From the NCBI GenBank assembly GCA_964016885.1, contig OZ024763.1:12090001-12154000 (forward strand): a stretch of 64,000 nucleotides of DNA, read 5' to 3'. This document shows positions 41,025-56,237 of this stretch, one piece after another; position 1 is the first letter of the stretch; each line of letters starts with the position of its first letter. Source of the DNA: Eledone cirrhosa. Taxonomy: Eukaryota. Under the pieces are notes generated by a model that was given only the letters and a program-made list of their open reading frames with translations, was not told the origin of the DNA and did no database searches. Made by a program: the position numbers and the translations under genes.

Positions 41025-41274
41025 CTTTGTATATATATATAGATATATGTATCTTTGTATATGTATATAGATATATGTATCTTTGTATATAGATATATGT
41101 ATCTTTGTATATATATATATATGTAGCTTTGTATATATATAGATATATGTATCTTTGTATATATATATAGATATATGTATCTTTGTATATATATAGATAT
41201 ATATGTATCTTTGTATATATATATATATATAGATATATGTATCTTTGTATATATATAGATATATATGTATCTTC

Positions 41275-41322
<48 letters not shown>

Positions 41323-42241
41323 CTTTGTATATATATATAAATATATGTATCTGTATATATATAGATATATGTATCTTTGTATATATATAGAGAGATATGT
41401 ATCTTTATATATATATATAGTATATATATATGTATCTTTGTATATATATATATAGATATATGTATCTTTGTATATATATATAGATATATGTATCTTTGTA
41501 TATATATATATATAGATATATGTATCTTTGTATATATATATATAGATATATGTATCTTTGTATATATATATAGATATATGTATCTTTGTATATATATATA
41601 TATATATATAGATATATATGTATCTTTGTATATATATATATATAAATATATGTATCTTTGTATATATATATAGATATATATGTATCTTTGTATATATATA
41701 TAGATATATATGTATCTTTGTATATATATATATAGATATATATGTATCTTTGTATATATATATATATATAAATATATGTATCTTTGTATATATATATATA
41801 AATATATGTATCTTTGTATATATATATAGATATATGTATCTTTGTATATATATATAGATATATGTATCTTTGTATATACATATATATAGATATATGTATC
41901 TTTGTATATATATATATATAGATATATATGTATCTTTGTATATATAGATATATGTATTTTTGTATATATATATATATAGATATATGTATCTTTGTATATA
42001 TATAGATATATGTATCTTTGTATATATATAGATATATATGTATCTTTGTATATATATATAGTTATATGTATCTTTGTATATATATATAGTTATATGTATC
42101 TTTGTGTATATATATAGATATATGTATCTTTGTATATACATAGAGAGATATGTATCTTTGTATATATATAGATATATATATGTATCTTTGTATATATATA
42201 GAGATATATGTATCTTTGTATAGATATATGTATCTTTGTAG

Positions 42242-42288
<47 letters not shown>

Positions 42289-42460
42289 TATATGTATCTT
42301 TGTATATAGATATATGTATCTTTGTATATAGATATATGTATCTTTGTATATAGATATATGTATCTTTGTATATAGATATATGTATCTTTGTATATAGATA
42401 TATGTATCTTTGTATATAGATATATGTATCTTTGTATATAGATATATGTGTCTTTGTAGC
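41025..42460. repeat. AGATATATGTATCTTTG(TA)n minisatellite
   Basis: Direct inspection. Confidence 0.92.
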
Positions 42461-42889
42461 TATATATAGAGAGAGAGAGAGACATATATGTGAGTGTATG
42501 TAATCTATTTGATATTGTAGTGCTGTCAGCCTTTTAAGAGCTGCTCTCACTCTTTCTGTCTCTCAGTGAGGCAGCAAAGCTGTGTTATATCAGCACTGGT
42601 AGCAGTAGTAGCTACAGTACAGTCACACTCGCTCACTTGCTACTCCCTCACTAACTATCACCTCTCACTACTACTTCTCTCTTTCTCCTCCTCCTCCCCC
42701 TCGCACTTGGCTGTGGCCACCTACACCAGTGAATTAGCGCGCCAATTAACGTAGCATACACATACACACACACACACATATATATATATACATACACACA
42801 CACACATATATATATATGTATACACACACACACACATATATATATATATGTATATACATACACACACACACATGTATATATACATACAC

Positions 42890-43040
42890 ACATGGTCTCC
42901 CAAAAGATGTATACATACTTCAACAGCATTCTAATAAATATTGCCTGTACAAGTAATGAAACTGTATACATTTTTTGGGACAGCCTGTGTGTGTATATAT
43001 ATATATATATACATACATACACAGGCTGTCCCCAAAAATG

Positions 43041-43071
<31 letters not shown>

Positions 43072-43140
43072 TTTTGGGGGCAGCCTGTGTATGTATATAT
43101 ATATATATATACACAGGCTGTCCCCAAAAATGTATACACA
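42890..43140. mobile_element. Cluster of Tc1/mariner-like MITE termini
   Basis: Full copy 42890-42987, mini copy 43023-43087 with (TA)n interior, lone TIR 43114-43140. Confidence 0.7.
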
Positions 43141-43356
43141 GTTTATATATATATACATGTCCCGGGTTCAATCGTAAGTGAAGTACTCAATACATTAGTA
43201 GAGTATATACAAAATTTAATATAGAAATGGCTTCTACAGGACTAGAACTGTTTCATTCGAAGGAAATCATCAGGATACCCTGATGATTTCTTACGAATGA
43301 AACAGTTCTAGTCCCGTAGAAGCCATTTATATATATATATATATATATAGTATGTA

Positions 43357-43620
43357 CAGGGCCAGCGCCACCATATAAGCAAACTAGTCAGTCGCCTAGA
43401 GTGTTGATTTCAGAGAGGCGCATTTCTCCAAATCAACAATTTTGAAAAATCGATAAATAGATTTCAGTTTTATTGGGAGGTCGTTTTTTTTTTTAAATCC
43501 TGGTTTATTTTATACAGGTACAAATAAAGGCTGAACAAATCTTTTTAAACATTTATTGTTTATAAATTTTAAATTTATATTTTCCTTGCCTAGGGTGCCA
43601 GATAGTCTGGCACAGGCCCC

Positions 43621-43621
<1 letters not shown>
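43357..43621. mobile_element. hAT MITE
   Basis: TIR CAGGGCCAGCGCCA / TGGCACAGGCCCCG; 8-bp TSD AGTATGTA vs AGTGTGTG (6/8). Confidence 0.6.
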
Positions 43622-43662
<41 letters not shown>

Positions 43663-44112
43663 CATGTATATTTTTATTTGTTTGACCCGAATTACTTGAT
43701 CGTATTTTTTGGCTGTGCGAATGATTGTTTAACCATCGTCTCAGTGTGTTTGGTATTAAACGTTAGTTATAGCTCTCGTTCAACCGAACCATTGAGCACT
43801 TTGCCACACATCTCGGAGATTGTTTTTCGTTATTTCGTGGGCCGAAGTTTCGATTCTCGATAATTTTATTTGTATATATATATATATAAATATTTATTTA
43901 GTTAGGTTGGTTGGTTCACCACTGGATAGAACTGGTCATTCTGTATAGTCAACCTTGATGTAATATTAGGGAGAGCACTCGACGTAATGCAACTCACCCG
44001 TCTTCGTTTGTGTTGTTGGTGGTGCGAGTACCGAGTTAATTATTATAAAATAACAGGAGGCTGGACCGGTGTAATTCCTTAAAAGGTTTATTTTGTAATA
44101 TATATATATATA

Positions 44113-44521
<409 letters not shown>

Positions 44522-44522
44522 C

Positions 44523-44555
<33 letters not shown>

Positions 44556-44566
44556 CATATATATAC

Positions 44567-44599
<33 letters not shown>

Positions 44600-44640
44600 C
44601 ATATATATACATATATATATACATATATATATATATATAC

Positions 44641-44673
<33 letters not shown>

Positions 44674-44674
44674 C

Positions 44675-44753
<79 letters not shown>

Positions 44754-44760
44754 TATATAC

Positions 44761-44843
<83 letters not shown>

Positions 44844-45078
44844 ATAGTTGAGGCAGTAAACAAAAACAAAAAAACAATGTGGAAGCGAAGAGGCAGTACA
44901 ATTGTTAATAGTTTCACGCTTGAGAGTGGGGAAGAGTTAGGACCGAACTGTTCAGATCTAGCTGTCGAAACGACCGGAGCTCAGCCGTCGGGGTCCTGAT
45001 CCTCTTCCTATTACCCACTCTACTATCCTAAGTATCGAGTACTCTGGTGGTCCACCTGGTTCCTTACCACACTTTCTT

Positions 45079-45128
<50 letters not shown>

Positions 45129-45253
45129 TAGCGTCCGAAACGTTAAGACCCTCTTCCTGCTATATCAAGCGTTAACCTAATATATACCTTCCACATACTG
45201 TACCGATTGTGTTGTTGTTTCTGTTTACCTTTTACACATATATATATATATAT

Positions 45254-45531
45254 GCTGTATGGGAGCCTCCCAAAAGTCAGCTCAAAAGTGACACAGAGGA
45301 GACTGAGGTTAGCTGGACATGCTCACCGACATCCAGGGTTGACACTGCACTCAGTGCTCCTGTTGGAGCCCCTGCATGGACACACTGGAAGAGGAAGACC
45401 GAGGTTAACGTATGTTGATGCCCTAAGGACAGACACTGGTCTGTTGGAGATGCAGGACATGGCAGCGATAATGAGGGACAGAGACCGCTGGAGAGAACTC
45501 GTCCATGGATCTCGGGAATTTTACTCGCCCT
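45254..45531 (+). mobile_element. 5'-truncated RTE-clade LINE (second family)
   Basis: [45 protein letters not shown]. Confidence 0.92.
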
Positions 45532-45537
45532 ATATAC

Positions 45538-45579
<42 letters not shown>

Positions 45580-46680
45580 AACATAAATAAAGTTAGAATG
45601 TTATTTCTCGCCCTAGCACAGCTGATACATAAATGTAAGTATGCACACGTCCACACACACATATGTTCGTATGGGTTATATCGAACATTAATAATATTCG
45701 ATTCGTTTGTAAACAAGCGGCCCGATTAAAGCTGTGCCGTGCCGATGGCAAATCGTCATCTGTTTGTTGAACACTGGCTTTGAGGAACATTTAACATGTT
45801 TCTGGGTCATGACCCGTCACCAGGACTGAATACCGCTGCCAATCTGTTGAACAGTTGAAAATCTATAGCACTTCCTTAAGTACACATCGGCTGAGTAGCC
45901 TCATTTGCATACCGACCGGGTTACGGCTGGCCTTGCCGAGACATCTACCCCAATAGTTCACTGGTACTTTATTTTATCGACCTCGGACGGCGGATGATTG
46001 ACAAAGTTGACGGTATTTCAACATGTGTGACAAGATTACTCTCAGCTGCGGCCATGCTACCTATGTGTTGATTTACCTTAAGTACTAGGGGGAGGCAACC
46101 CCGGCACCTCTCGTGGTGTGTGGCACCTCTCGTGGTATGTGTGACCTACTCTTGAATATTTTCTTTCCTATTGACTCGATATTTCCATGTGAAATATCTG
46201 TAATTATATCTTGATATAGTTGTGTAATTATTACAAACACTGTTACCGATGCTACACACATATGTATATATGTATATGTATGTGTGTGTATATATGTATG
46301 TGTGTGTGTGTATTTATGTATATATGTGTGTGTGTGTATATATGTATATATATATGTGTGTGTGTGTGTGTATATATGTATATATATGTGTGTGTGTGTG
46401 TATATATGTATATATATATGTGTGTGTATGTATGTATATATATATGTGCGTATGTATATATATATATATATATGTGTGTATGTATATATATATATATATG
46501 TGTGTATGCATATATATATATATATATGTGTGTGTATGTATATATGTATATATATGTGTGTGAATGTATATATATATGTGTGTGTGTGTGATTGTATGTG
46601 TGTGTATGTATATATGTATATTATATATAATTTAGATGTATATGTGTATATATATATATATATATACGCGTGTGTATATA

Positions 46681-46743
<63 letters not shown>

Positions 46744-47424
46744 TTAAGTTTTAATATAGAAGAGCTTCTACAGGACTAGAACTGTTTCATTCGTGACCAA
46801 GTAAAAATGGTGGTATTTATATTTTTTCTGGTGGTAGGAGAGGGTGGGGAGTGGGATGGGTGGAGGTCGTTGGTTGAAAGAAAAGGGAATTCTTTAAAGC
46901 TTTAATTTATATTTAGTGACGAAAGGTGGAAGAATTCGATAAACAAGTTCAAAATGGAGTGCCACTCCTTATTTTAAAGTTTCTCTTAAGCTAACAATGC
47001 CTAGATTTCAGGTGTCTACAGGATAGGTGGAGGTCATGGTTGGTGGGTTTAAAGAAAGGGCAATTTTTTAAAAGCTAATTCTTTAAAGCTTTACTTAGAG
47101 TGACAAAGGCAGAAGGAATTCTATAAACAAGTTCAAATTTGGGGCGCCTCTACTTATTGTCAAGTAATGTATGTAATGTATGTATGTGTGTGTGTATGTA
47201 TACATGTGTGTGTGTGTATATATATATAATGTATGTGTGTGTATATATATGTATGCATGTGTGTGTGTATATATATGTATATATATATAATGTATGTGTG
47301 TGTGCGTATATGTATGCATGTGTGTGTATATATATATATAAAAAATGTATGTGTGTGTATATATGTATGCGTGTGTGTGTATATATATATAAAAATAATG
47401 TATGTATGTGTGTATATGTATGCA

Positions 47425-47467
<43 letters not shown>

Positions 47468-47744
47468 CTGTTCACAATTATAGTCATTGAATAAGATTTC
47501 CCAACAGGTTTACATAGACAATGGAAGGAGGGGGGGGGGGCTCCCCTCCCCTTCATACAATATAAAACTAATTCAACTGTTGTGGCCACAAGCAAAGGGG
47601 GGGGGGGTTAGTGTGTGGTGGGGTGGGGAGTGGTGTGTGGTGGGGTGGGGAGTGGTGTGTGGTGTGGTGGGAGTTGATGTGGTGTGGTGTGGGGTGTGTG
47701 GTATAGTTAGTGTACGTCTCCTGTGTGTTGTACAACAGCTACCA

Positions 47745-49510
47745 TACCACTACAGTACCACTACCACCACAACTACAAGATTACCACTATTACATTACAA
47801 TACTTACACCACAGTGCCACACTACACTACCACCACTACACTCTTACCACTACAGTACCACCACTACTTCACTCCTACCACTACACTCCTACCACTACAG
47901 TACCACCACTACTTCACTCCTACCACTACACTCCTACCACTACACTCTTACCACTACAGTACCACCACTACACTCCTACCACCACAGTACCACCACTACT
48001 TCACTCCTACCACTACAGTACCACTACTACACTCCTACCACCACAGTACCACCACTACTTCACTCCTACCACTACAGTACCACTACTTCACTCCTACCAC
48101 TACAGTACCACCACTACACTCCTACCACTACAGTACCACTACTTCACTCCTACCACTACAGTACCACCACTACACTCCTACCACTACAGTACCACCACTA
48201 CACTCCTACCACTACAGTACCACTACTACACTCCTACCACCACAGTGCCACCACTACTACACTCCTACCACTACAGTACCACCACTACACTCCTACCACT
48301 ACAGTACCACCACTACACTCCTACCACTACAGAACCACCACTACACTCCTACCACTACAGTACCACCACTACACTCCTACCACCACAGTACCACCACTAC
48401 ACTCCTACCACCACAGTACCACCACTACACTCCTACCACCACAGTACCACCACTACACTCCTACCACTACAGTACCACTACTTCACTCCTACCACTACAG
48501 TACCACCACTACTACACTCCTACCACCACAGTACCACCACTACACTCCTACCACCACAGTACCACCACTACACTCCTACCACTACAGTACCACTACTTCA
48601 CTCCTACCACTACAGTACCACCACTACTACACTCCTACCACCACAGTACCACTATTTCACTCCTACCACTATAGTACCACCACTACACTCCTACCACAAT
48701 AGTACCACTATTTCACTCCTACCACTATAGTACCACTACTACACTCCTACCACAATAGTACCACTATTTCACTCCTACCACTATAGTACCACCACTACAC
48801 TCCTACCACAATAGTACCACTATTTCACTCCTACCACTATAGTACCACTACTACACTCCTACCACAATAGTACCACTATTTCACTCCTACCACTATAGTA
48901 CCACCACTACACTCCTACCACCACAGTACCACCACTACACTCCTACCACTACAGTACCACCACTACTACACTCCTACCACAATAGTACCACTATTTCACT
49001 CCTACCACTATAGTACCACTACTACACTCCTACCACCACAGTACCACCACTACACTCCTACCACCACAGTACCACCACTACACTCCTACCACCACAGTAC
49101 CACCACTACACTCCTACCACCACAGTACCACCACTACACTCCTACCACCACAGTACCACCACTACACTCCTACCACCACAGTACCACCACTACACTCCTA
49201 CCACCACAGTACCACCACTACACTCCTACCACCACAGTACCACCACTACACTCCTACCACCACAGTACCACCACTACACTCCTACCACCACAGTACCACC
49301 ACTACACTCCTACCACCACAGTACCACCACTACACTCCTACCACCACAGTACCACCACTACACTCCTACCACCACAGTACCACCACTACACTCCTACCAC
49401 TACAGTACCACCACTACACTCCTACCACCACAGTACCACCACTACACTCCTACCACCACAGTACCACCACTACACTCCTACCACCACAGTACCACCACTA
49501 CACTCCTACC
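47745..49510. repeat. 28-bp minisatellite ACCACCACTACACTCCTACCACCACAGT
   Basis: Direct inspection; homogenised block 49020-49510. Confidence 0.95.
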
Positions 49511-50982
49511 ATTAAGTATGTCCATTTGATAAAATATATCCACCATTTCCTCTCCCAATCAGCATAATCAACCACACAAAAACCAATTAAACAAGGCTAT
49601 AAGATTAAAAGGCACCTATGAAGAAATAATAGATAAATAAACGACAGCCATCTATTCGCGATCAACAGCTATATAATATTTACCCAGAATTTCTAATAGC
49701 ACGTGGAAATCGATTAAATATACCGTCAACCATACACAATTAGGTATAAAATCAAAGTTAGAAGAAAAAAATATGTATATAAACATACCAAAATTATGTT
49801 TCTACCCCATGAAGTTTCATTTGCTTTTTGGAAATATCCGATCAAGGATAAATTCACGAGTTTCGAAATCATCAGGAAACAAACTCACTTGGATGAAGAT
49901 TGTTTTCTTAAATGATCCTCGCCAGAAACGAATTCAAAATGGCTATATATATATATTATATTATATATATATATTATATTATATATATATTATATTATAT
50001 ATATATTATATTATATATATATTATATTATATTATATAACCAAATATTAATATGGTTCATTGATTATTCAATCAATATAGTTTTACAATAGATTAAAAGC
50101 ACTCTACAAGAAAGTTTTCTGGAGTTATTATTATTCAGAATAATAATAAATTTATTATTATTCTGAATATTATATTATATATATATATATTATATTATAT
50201 ATATATATATATTATATATATATATCATATTATATATATATTATATTATACATATATTATATATAAATATATTATATTATATATATTTATATCATATGAT
50301 ATATAAATATATTATATTATAGTAATAATAATAAAATTGAAGACTAAAATCCAAAGAGGGCTCGATAAGGAAAATATATATCAAATATATAAGAACCGTA
50401 GAGCAAATATTTATTAAAATATTTTAATAAATATATATTATATTATATATATATTATATTATATTATATTATATATAAATATATTATATTATATGTGAAA
50501 AAATGGGGAGAAGAATACTGCAGGTTGCACATGGATAACATGTTATAAAATGAGTCCCTCATCAGTGATTTGCCAACGATCATAGATATTTCATTGCATT
50601 AAATATATTATATTATATATATATACATATATAACTTAAAATACGTTGTAACTCAGCATATGTTTTCAACGGTACTCCGTGCCATGGTGGTATCCAACTA
50701 ATCGTATCAGATTAACCGTGTGTACACCATCAATCTTCAGCCTTTATGAAGAGAAGGCTTAAGATTGATGGAGCTATGATATAACCATAATAACATGCTT
50801 AGTTGCCATGTATTAGAAGTAATATAAAATAGCGCTATCTTTACATAGCAAGAGCTCATGCTTTTATAATTACAATTCACACTCAGATAACATATATATA
50901 TGTGTGCGTGTGTGTATGTGTGTGTGTATCTATACATCATCTTTTTTTAAAAAATATGTATGTATGTATATTCTTTCTTCTC

Positions 50983-51024
<42 letters not shown>

Positions 51025-51073
51025 CTGTTATTAATTCTGGTAATATTACACAAATATGACCCTCCCCAAGTAT

Positions 51074-51108
<35 letters not shown>

Positions 51109-51187
51109 CCTTCCCCCCACTCTCAAGAGCGTGAAACTAATAAACCTTTGTTCGTACTGCCTCTCTGTTTTGTTCCCGTTCCATTTT

Positions 51188-51280
<93 letters not shown>

Positions 51281-51697
51281 TTATATATGTTTATAATATA
51301 TTTATATATAGATATAAATATATAATTGTCTGGCTCGTTATAATTATTATATTTATATATATATGTGTGTATATATAGTTATATATGTGTGCGTGTGTAT
51401 ATATATATATATGTGTATATATACATATGTGTATATATATATATATGTCAAAGTACAATAAATATCCTATGTAACACCTCCACTTTGTTAACCTCAAATC
51501 CCGCCGAGGTTAACTTTGCCTTTCATCCTTACGGGGTCGATAAACTAAAGTACCAGTAATACACTGGGGTAATTGCTGGCTTTGTGCCATGGTTTTCATG
51601 GTGCCAAAAGTAGAAACAATTATATATACTCTGCTCTGCTTCGTGTGTTGACTTTGGTACTCTCACCAGTTTAGACTTACTGAATCTTCTATACACA

Positions 51698-51784
<87 letters not shown>

Positions 51785-52044
51785 CTGGACCAGAATTAGC
51801 CGTCGAAACGGCTTGAGCTCAGTCGTCGGGGTCCTACTCGTTCCTATTACCCACTCTACTACCCTAAGTATTGAGTACTTTGGTGCGTTATGGTCCACCT
51901 GGTTCCTTACCACATTTCCTTCGTTATATATATATGTGTGTGTGTGTGTGTGTATAAAAAAATGATTTCTTTATCATTTATTTGAATAATAAATACGAAC
52001 TTGTTTGTGTGTGTAAATATGTATGTATATATATGTGTGTGTAA

Positions 52045-52076
<32 letters not shown>

Positions 52077-52794
52077 GTGTGTGTAAATATGTATGTATAT
52101 ATATGTGTGTAAATATGTATGTATATATATGTGTGTGTAAATATGTATGTATATATATATATGTGTAAATATGTATGTATATATATATGTGTAAATATGT
52201 ATGTATATATATATGTATGTATATTTTTCTTCATGGCTTCATGGTGTCAGCAAATACAAGTATTGTACTTAAGCATTAAATGTAACTATACCATAAAATC
52301 CAATAATAATATGTTGTAGATGTTGTTGTAGTAGTTGTAGTAGTAGTTGTTGTAGTTGTAGTTACTTGTTTGTATGGTTTTGCTGTCTCACGAAAGAAAT
52401 AGTGTCACTCTAATTGATTCTCTCTGCTCCACATCTTGGTGGTGGTGGTTGTGGTGGTTGTGGTGATGGTGATGGTGGTGGTGGTGATGGTGATGGTGGT
52501 GGTGGTGGTGTTAGTGGTGGTGGTTGTGGTGATGGTGGTGGTGGTGGTGTTAGTGATGGTGGTGGTGGTTGTGGTGATGGTGGTGGTGTTGGTGTTGGTG
52601 GTGGTGGTGATGGTGGTAGTGGTGGTGGTGGTGGTGGTGGTGGTGATGGCGGTGGTGGTGGTGATGGCGGTGGTGGCGGTGGTGGTTGTGGTGGTGGTGG
52701 TGGTGGTGGTGGTGTTAGTTATGGTGGTGGTGGTGGTGGTGGTGTTAGTTATGGTGGTGGTGGTGGTGGTGGTGGGTTCAATCATACCCCTATG

Positions 52795-53459
52795 TCGAGG
52801 CATAACTAGGGTATGACAAACAGGACACGTGCCATAAGCGCCACTAGGACGAGGAGCACGTTCTATTAAAGTCAAAGAAGCCTCGTCAGAGAGTGAATAA
52901 AGAAACTCCTTCAGGTGTAAGATCTGTCTCTGTCATGGGTGAGAACTCTATGGTGGCTGGATCATTAAACCCTTTATATAAGTTGTTAGGCCTCATCATC
53001 ACCGTTTTACGTCCGTTCTTCCACGCTAGCATGGGTTAGACGGGTTGTCCTGTTGTGGGCAGTGTGCGGTCGGTTGACCTTGTCTTGCTCATACAGGAAC
53101 TGATTCTGGCTTGATTTCTTCAGCTGGATGCCCTTCCTAACACCAACCTCATTTACAGTGAGTGCTGGGTGCTTTTTTGCCGTGGCACCCCCACGACCAC
53201 TTTGCAGTGGAATGATAGGGACCTCAGTCCCTATCATCTCATTTCTATAGCTGAGTAAACTGGAGCAATGTGAAATAAAGTGTCTTGCTCAAGGAAACAA
53301 CACATCACCCGGTCTGAGAATTGAACTCACAACCTTTCGATTGCAAGCCCAATGCTCTAACCACTAAGCCATGCACCTTTATAGGTAAAAATACAGTGCT
53401 GGGGAGGGGCACAATTTCACTGCTTGCCATAGGGGCTATTTTCCCTAGTTAGGTCTCTA
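52795..53459. mobile_element. hAT MITE containing a nested SINE
   Basis: TIR TCGAGGCATAACTAGGG / CCCTAGTTAGGTCTCTA (14/17); TSD CCCCTATG vs CCTCTATG. Confidence 0.65.
52993..53378 (-). mobile_element. Full-length SINE family A, alternative-tail subfamily
   Basis: Same head and body as the 6841 copy, but a longer tail ending AACCCATGCTAGCGTGGAAGAACGGACGTAAAACGGTGATGATGA. Confidence 0.88.
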
Positions 53460-54299
53460 CCTCTATGTATTTCTGGTTCATATCCCACAGGGAATTGAAA
53501 GATGACCAAATACCAGAGACTGACTGACCTCTGGTGTCTTTAGTCCATGGACTGTGACAGAGAAATGGCAGATGACCAAATTCCAGGGACTGACTGACCT
53601 CTAGTGTGTTCACTGACCTCTAGTGTCCCTAGCCTGAAGATACTGCTTTGATGTTTTTATCATCTTAACTGAGGGACACATCTGAGTTATACCGTCCAAC
53701 AGAGGGTGTAGAATTTGTCCCCTTGTTATTTTTTTAATCTTATTTTTAACCCTTTTTGACACTAGACTGATACAAAACTGTTGATTTTAATGTGTTTAAA
53801 ACCATCATAATTTTATGTAAGCACCTTTGTTAAGTTATGTTCCCCAAACCACCAGATTAATGATGTGAAATACACTATGATATTAAAATAAATTTGAAAA
53901 TAATCAAGAATTTGGAGAAATTTCTTGCCATTCTCAGTTCAAATCCCGCCGAGGTTAACTTTGCCTTTCATCCTTATGGGGGCGATAAAATAAAGTACCA
54001 GTAATACACTGGATATTTGCTGGCCTTGTGCCTAAAGTAGAAACAATTATTTATCTTGTGTTTGGAACATCCAAACCAGAAGGTAAATAAGAAAGTTATA
54101 TTACTAAATCCCTCCAAATTGATTATTTTAACATAATTATTTAAAAACCACAGGCAATATACTTCATTAGAAAGATAGTAACAAAAGGTTTAAGGTGTTT
54201 ATATTTATTTAAAAACCTTCCATCATAATTTTATTTAAGAGCCTTTGTTAAGTTATGTTCCAAACGCCAGTTTAATAATGTGAAAGTTATGTTACTAAA

Positions 54300-54755
54300 A
54301 ACAAATGAAAAAAGAAAAAAAGAATTTTAGATTGAGAAGAAAAAATCGAATGTAAAATAAGAAAATATATTTTTAAAAAAACAACAGAAAAGGAAGCGAA
54401 AGCAAGGGCTCTAGGGTAAGAAGAATGGGAGGGGTGAGGGTGATGGGCTGAAGCCCTAGGGTGCAGCGGTAATGGGACTGTGCCCCACAGACAAGACCAC
54501 AAAAGCATTACTGTGGACTATGGCAAGCGAGACCCGCTGCAACAGTCACCCCAACTCCCCGGGTTCCTTCCTCAGATGGACTGCTGACGTTCCGATCTTG
54601 CGGAGGAGCTCGACAATACGGGGTCCAAGTACGCCTGAGGTCTCAACAGCGAACGATGCGAAGAGAAAGCTGCCGGACAATCCCCCGTATTTGTTTATCT
54701 TCCTTTCCTCTGCATAGCAGGCCACGGTACCAGGGTTTCTGGCCAAAGCCACTAT
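54300..54755 (-). mobile_element. CRE-clade-like non-LTR 3' fragment (restriction-like endonuclease end plus 3' UTR)
   Basis: AEERKINKY..FASFAVETSGVLGP..LLRKIG..*LLQRVSLAIVHSNAFVVL matches the K..KY / FAVET.G / QR.S.AI..GNA pattern. Confidence 0.75.
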
Positions 54756-54791
54756 TGATTAGTTACAAAAATTATTTTAAATCCGATAGAC

Positions 54792-55607
54792 CAGGCATGT
54801 CAAACCGAGGGTCCTGCAAGGACCACATGGGTCATATGTGTTGTCTGAGGGCCACATGGGTCACATGTGTTGTCTGAGGGCCACATGGGGCACATGTGTT
54901 GTCTGAGGACCACATGGGGCACATGTGTTGTCTGAGGGCCACATGGGTCACATGTGTTGTCTGAGGACCACATGGGTCACATGTGTTGACTGAGAGCCAC
55001 ATGCGTCTCATATCACATATGTCTTGTCTGAGGGCCACATGGGTCACATGTGTTGTCTGTGGGCCACATGGGGCACATGTGTTGTCTGAGGACCACATGG
55101 GGCACATGTGTTGTCTGAGGGCCACATGGGTCACATGTGTTGTCTGAGGACCACATGGGTCACATGTGTTGACTGAGAGCCACATGCGTCTCATATCACA
55201 TATGTCTTGTCTGAGGGCCACATGGGTCACATGTGTTGTCTGTGGGCCACATGGGTCACATGTGTTGTCTGAGGGCCACATGGGTCACATGTGTTGTCTG
55301 AGGGTCACATGTGTTGTCTGAGGACCACATGGGTCACATGTGTTGACTGAGAGCCACATGCGTCTCATATCACATATGTCTTGTCTGAGGGCCACATGGG
55401 TCACATGTGTTGTCTGAGGGCCACATGGGTCACATGTGTTGTCCGAGGGCCACACGCGCCACACGTGTTGTTTGAGGGCCACACATGACAACTAATTGCA
55501 CACATTACAACTGATTTTCCGAAGATAAAACATGCTCGCGCTGTAAAAACCTTTGTGTGGGCCGGAAGTGTACTTTACCTGTAAAGGGCCACATGTTTGA
55601 CATGCTG
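54792..55607. mobile_element. hAT MITE with internal 28-29-bp satellite and higher-order repeat
   Basis: TIR CAGGCATGTCAAAC / GTTTGACATGCTG; TSD CGATAGAC vs CCATAGAC; GGGCCACATGGGTCACATGTGTTGTCTGA units 54820-55490. Confidence 0.82.
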
Positions 55608-55672
55608 CCATAGACAGTATCTTATTAGGAATATGGTAACGAAAGAGTTAATTGGGTTTCACAAATTCTTAA

Positions 55673-55860
55673 TAATTGTTTCTACTTTTGGCACAAGGCC
55701 AGCAATTACCCCCGTACATTACTGGTACTTTATTTTATCGACCCCGTAAGGATGAAAGGTAAAGTTAACCTCGGCAGGATTTGAACCCAGGACGTAAAGG
55801 GCCATAACTCTGTGCTGCAAAGCATGGTGTCTGACACTCTCCTGACACTGCCAATCCACC
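55673..55860 (-). mobile_element. SINE family B
   Basis: Same body and head; further copies at 51494-51620, 53931-54050 and 56371-56562. Confidence 0.85.
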
Positions 55861-56165
55861 AAAATTCTTAATATAATTTTCACAGAAATCTGTAAGTTTA
55901 TTTCTCTCTCCATCTCTCTCCCCCTGGGGGCGGGGATGACGACAAGACAGACAGACAGACTGCTGTGAATATAATATAGTTAGTGTTAACTGGCTGACAC
56001 ACAGCATCAAGTTTTATGTTTTATGCTGACTTAATCACTATATTACCACCACCACCATCAACAACAACAACACACTGTTTTATACACTGCCACCATCTCT
56101 CTCTATTTCTCCCCTACACATCCACCACTTCTCTATCTCTCCCCTACACATCCACCACTTCTCTA

Positions 56166-56237
<72 letters not shown>

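Noticed and set aside
49852-49880. Hammerhead core CTGATGA-TTTC-GAAAC on minus strand
   Set aside because: No stem II and no valid UH site; probably chance
52405-52816. Gly-rich or Thr-rich protein ORFs
   Set aside because: (GGT)n microsatellite
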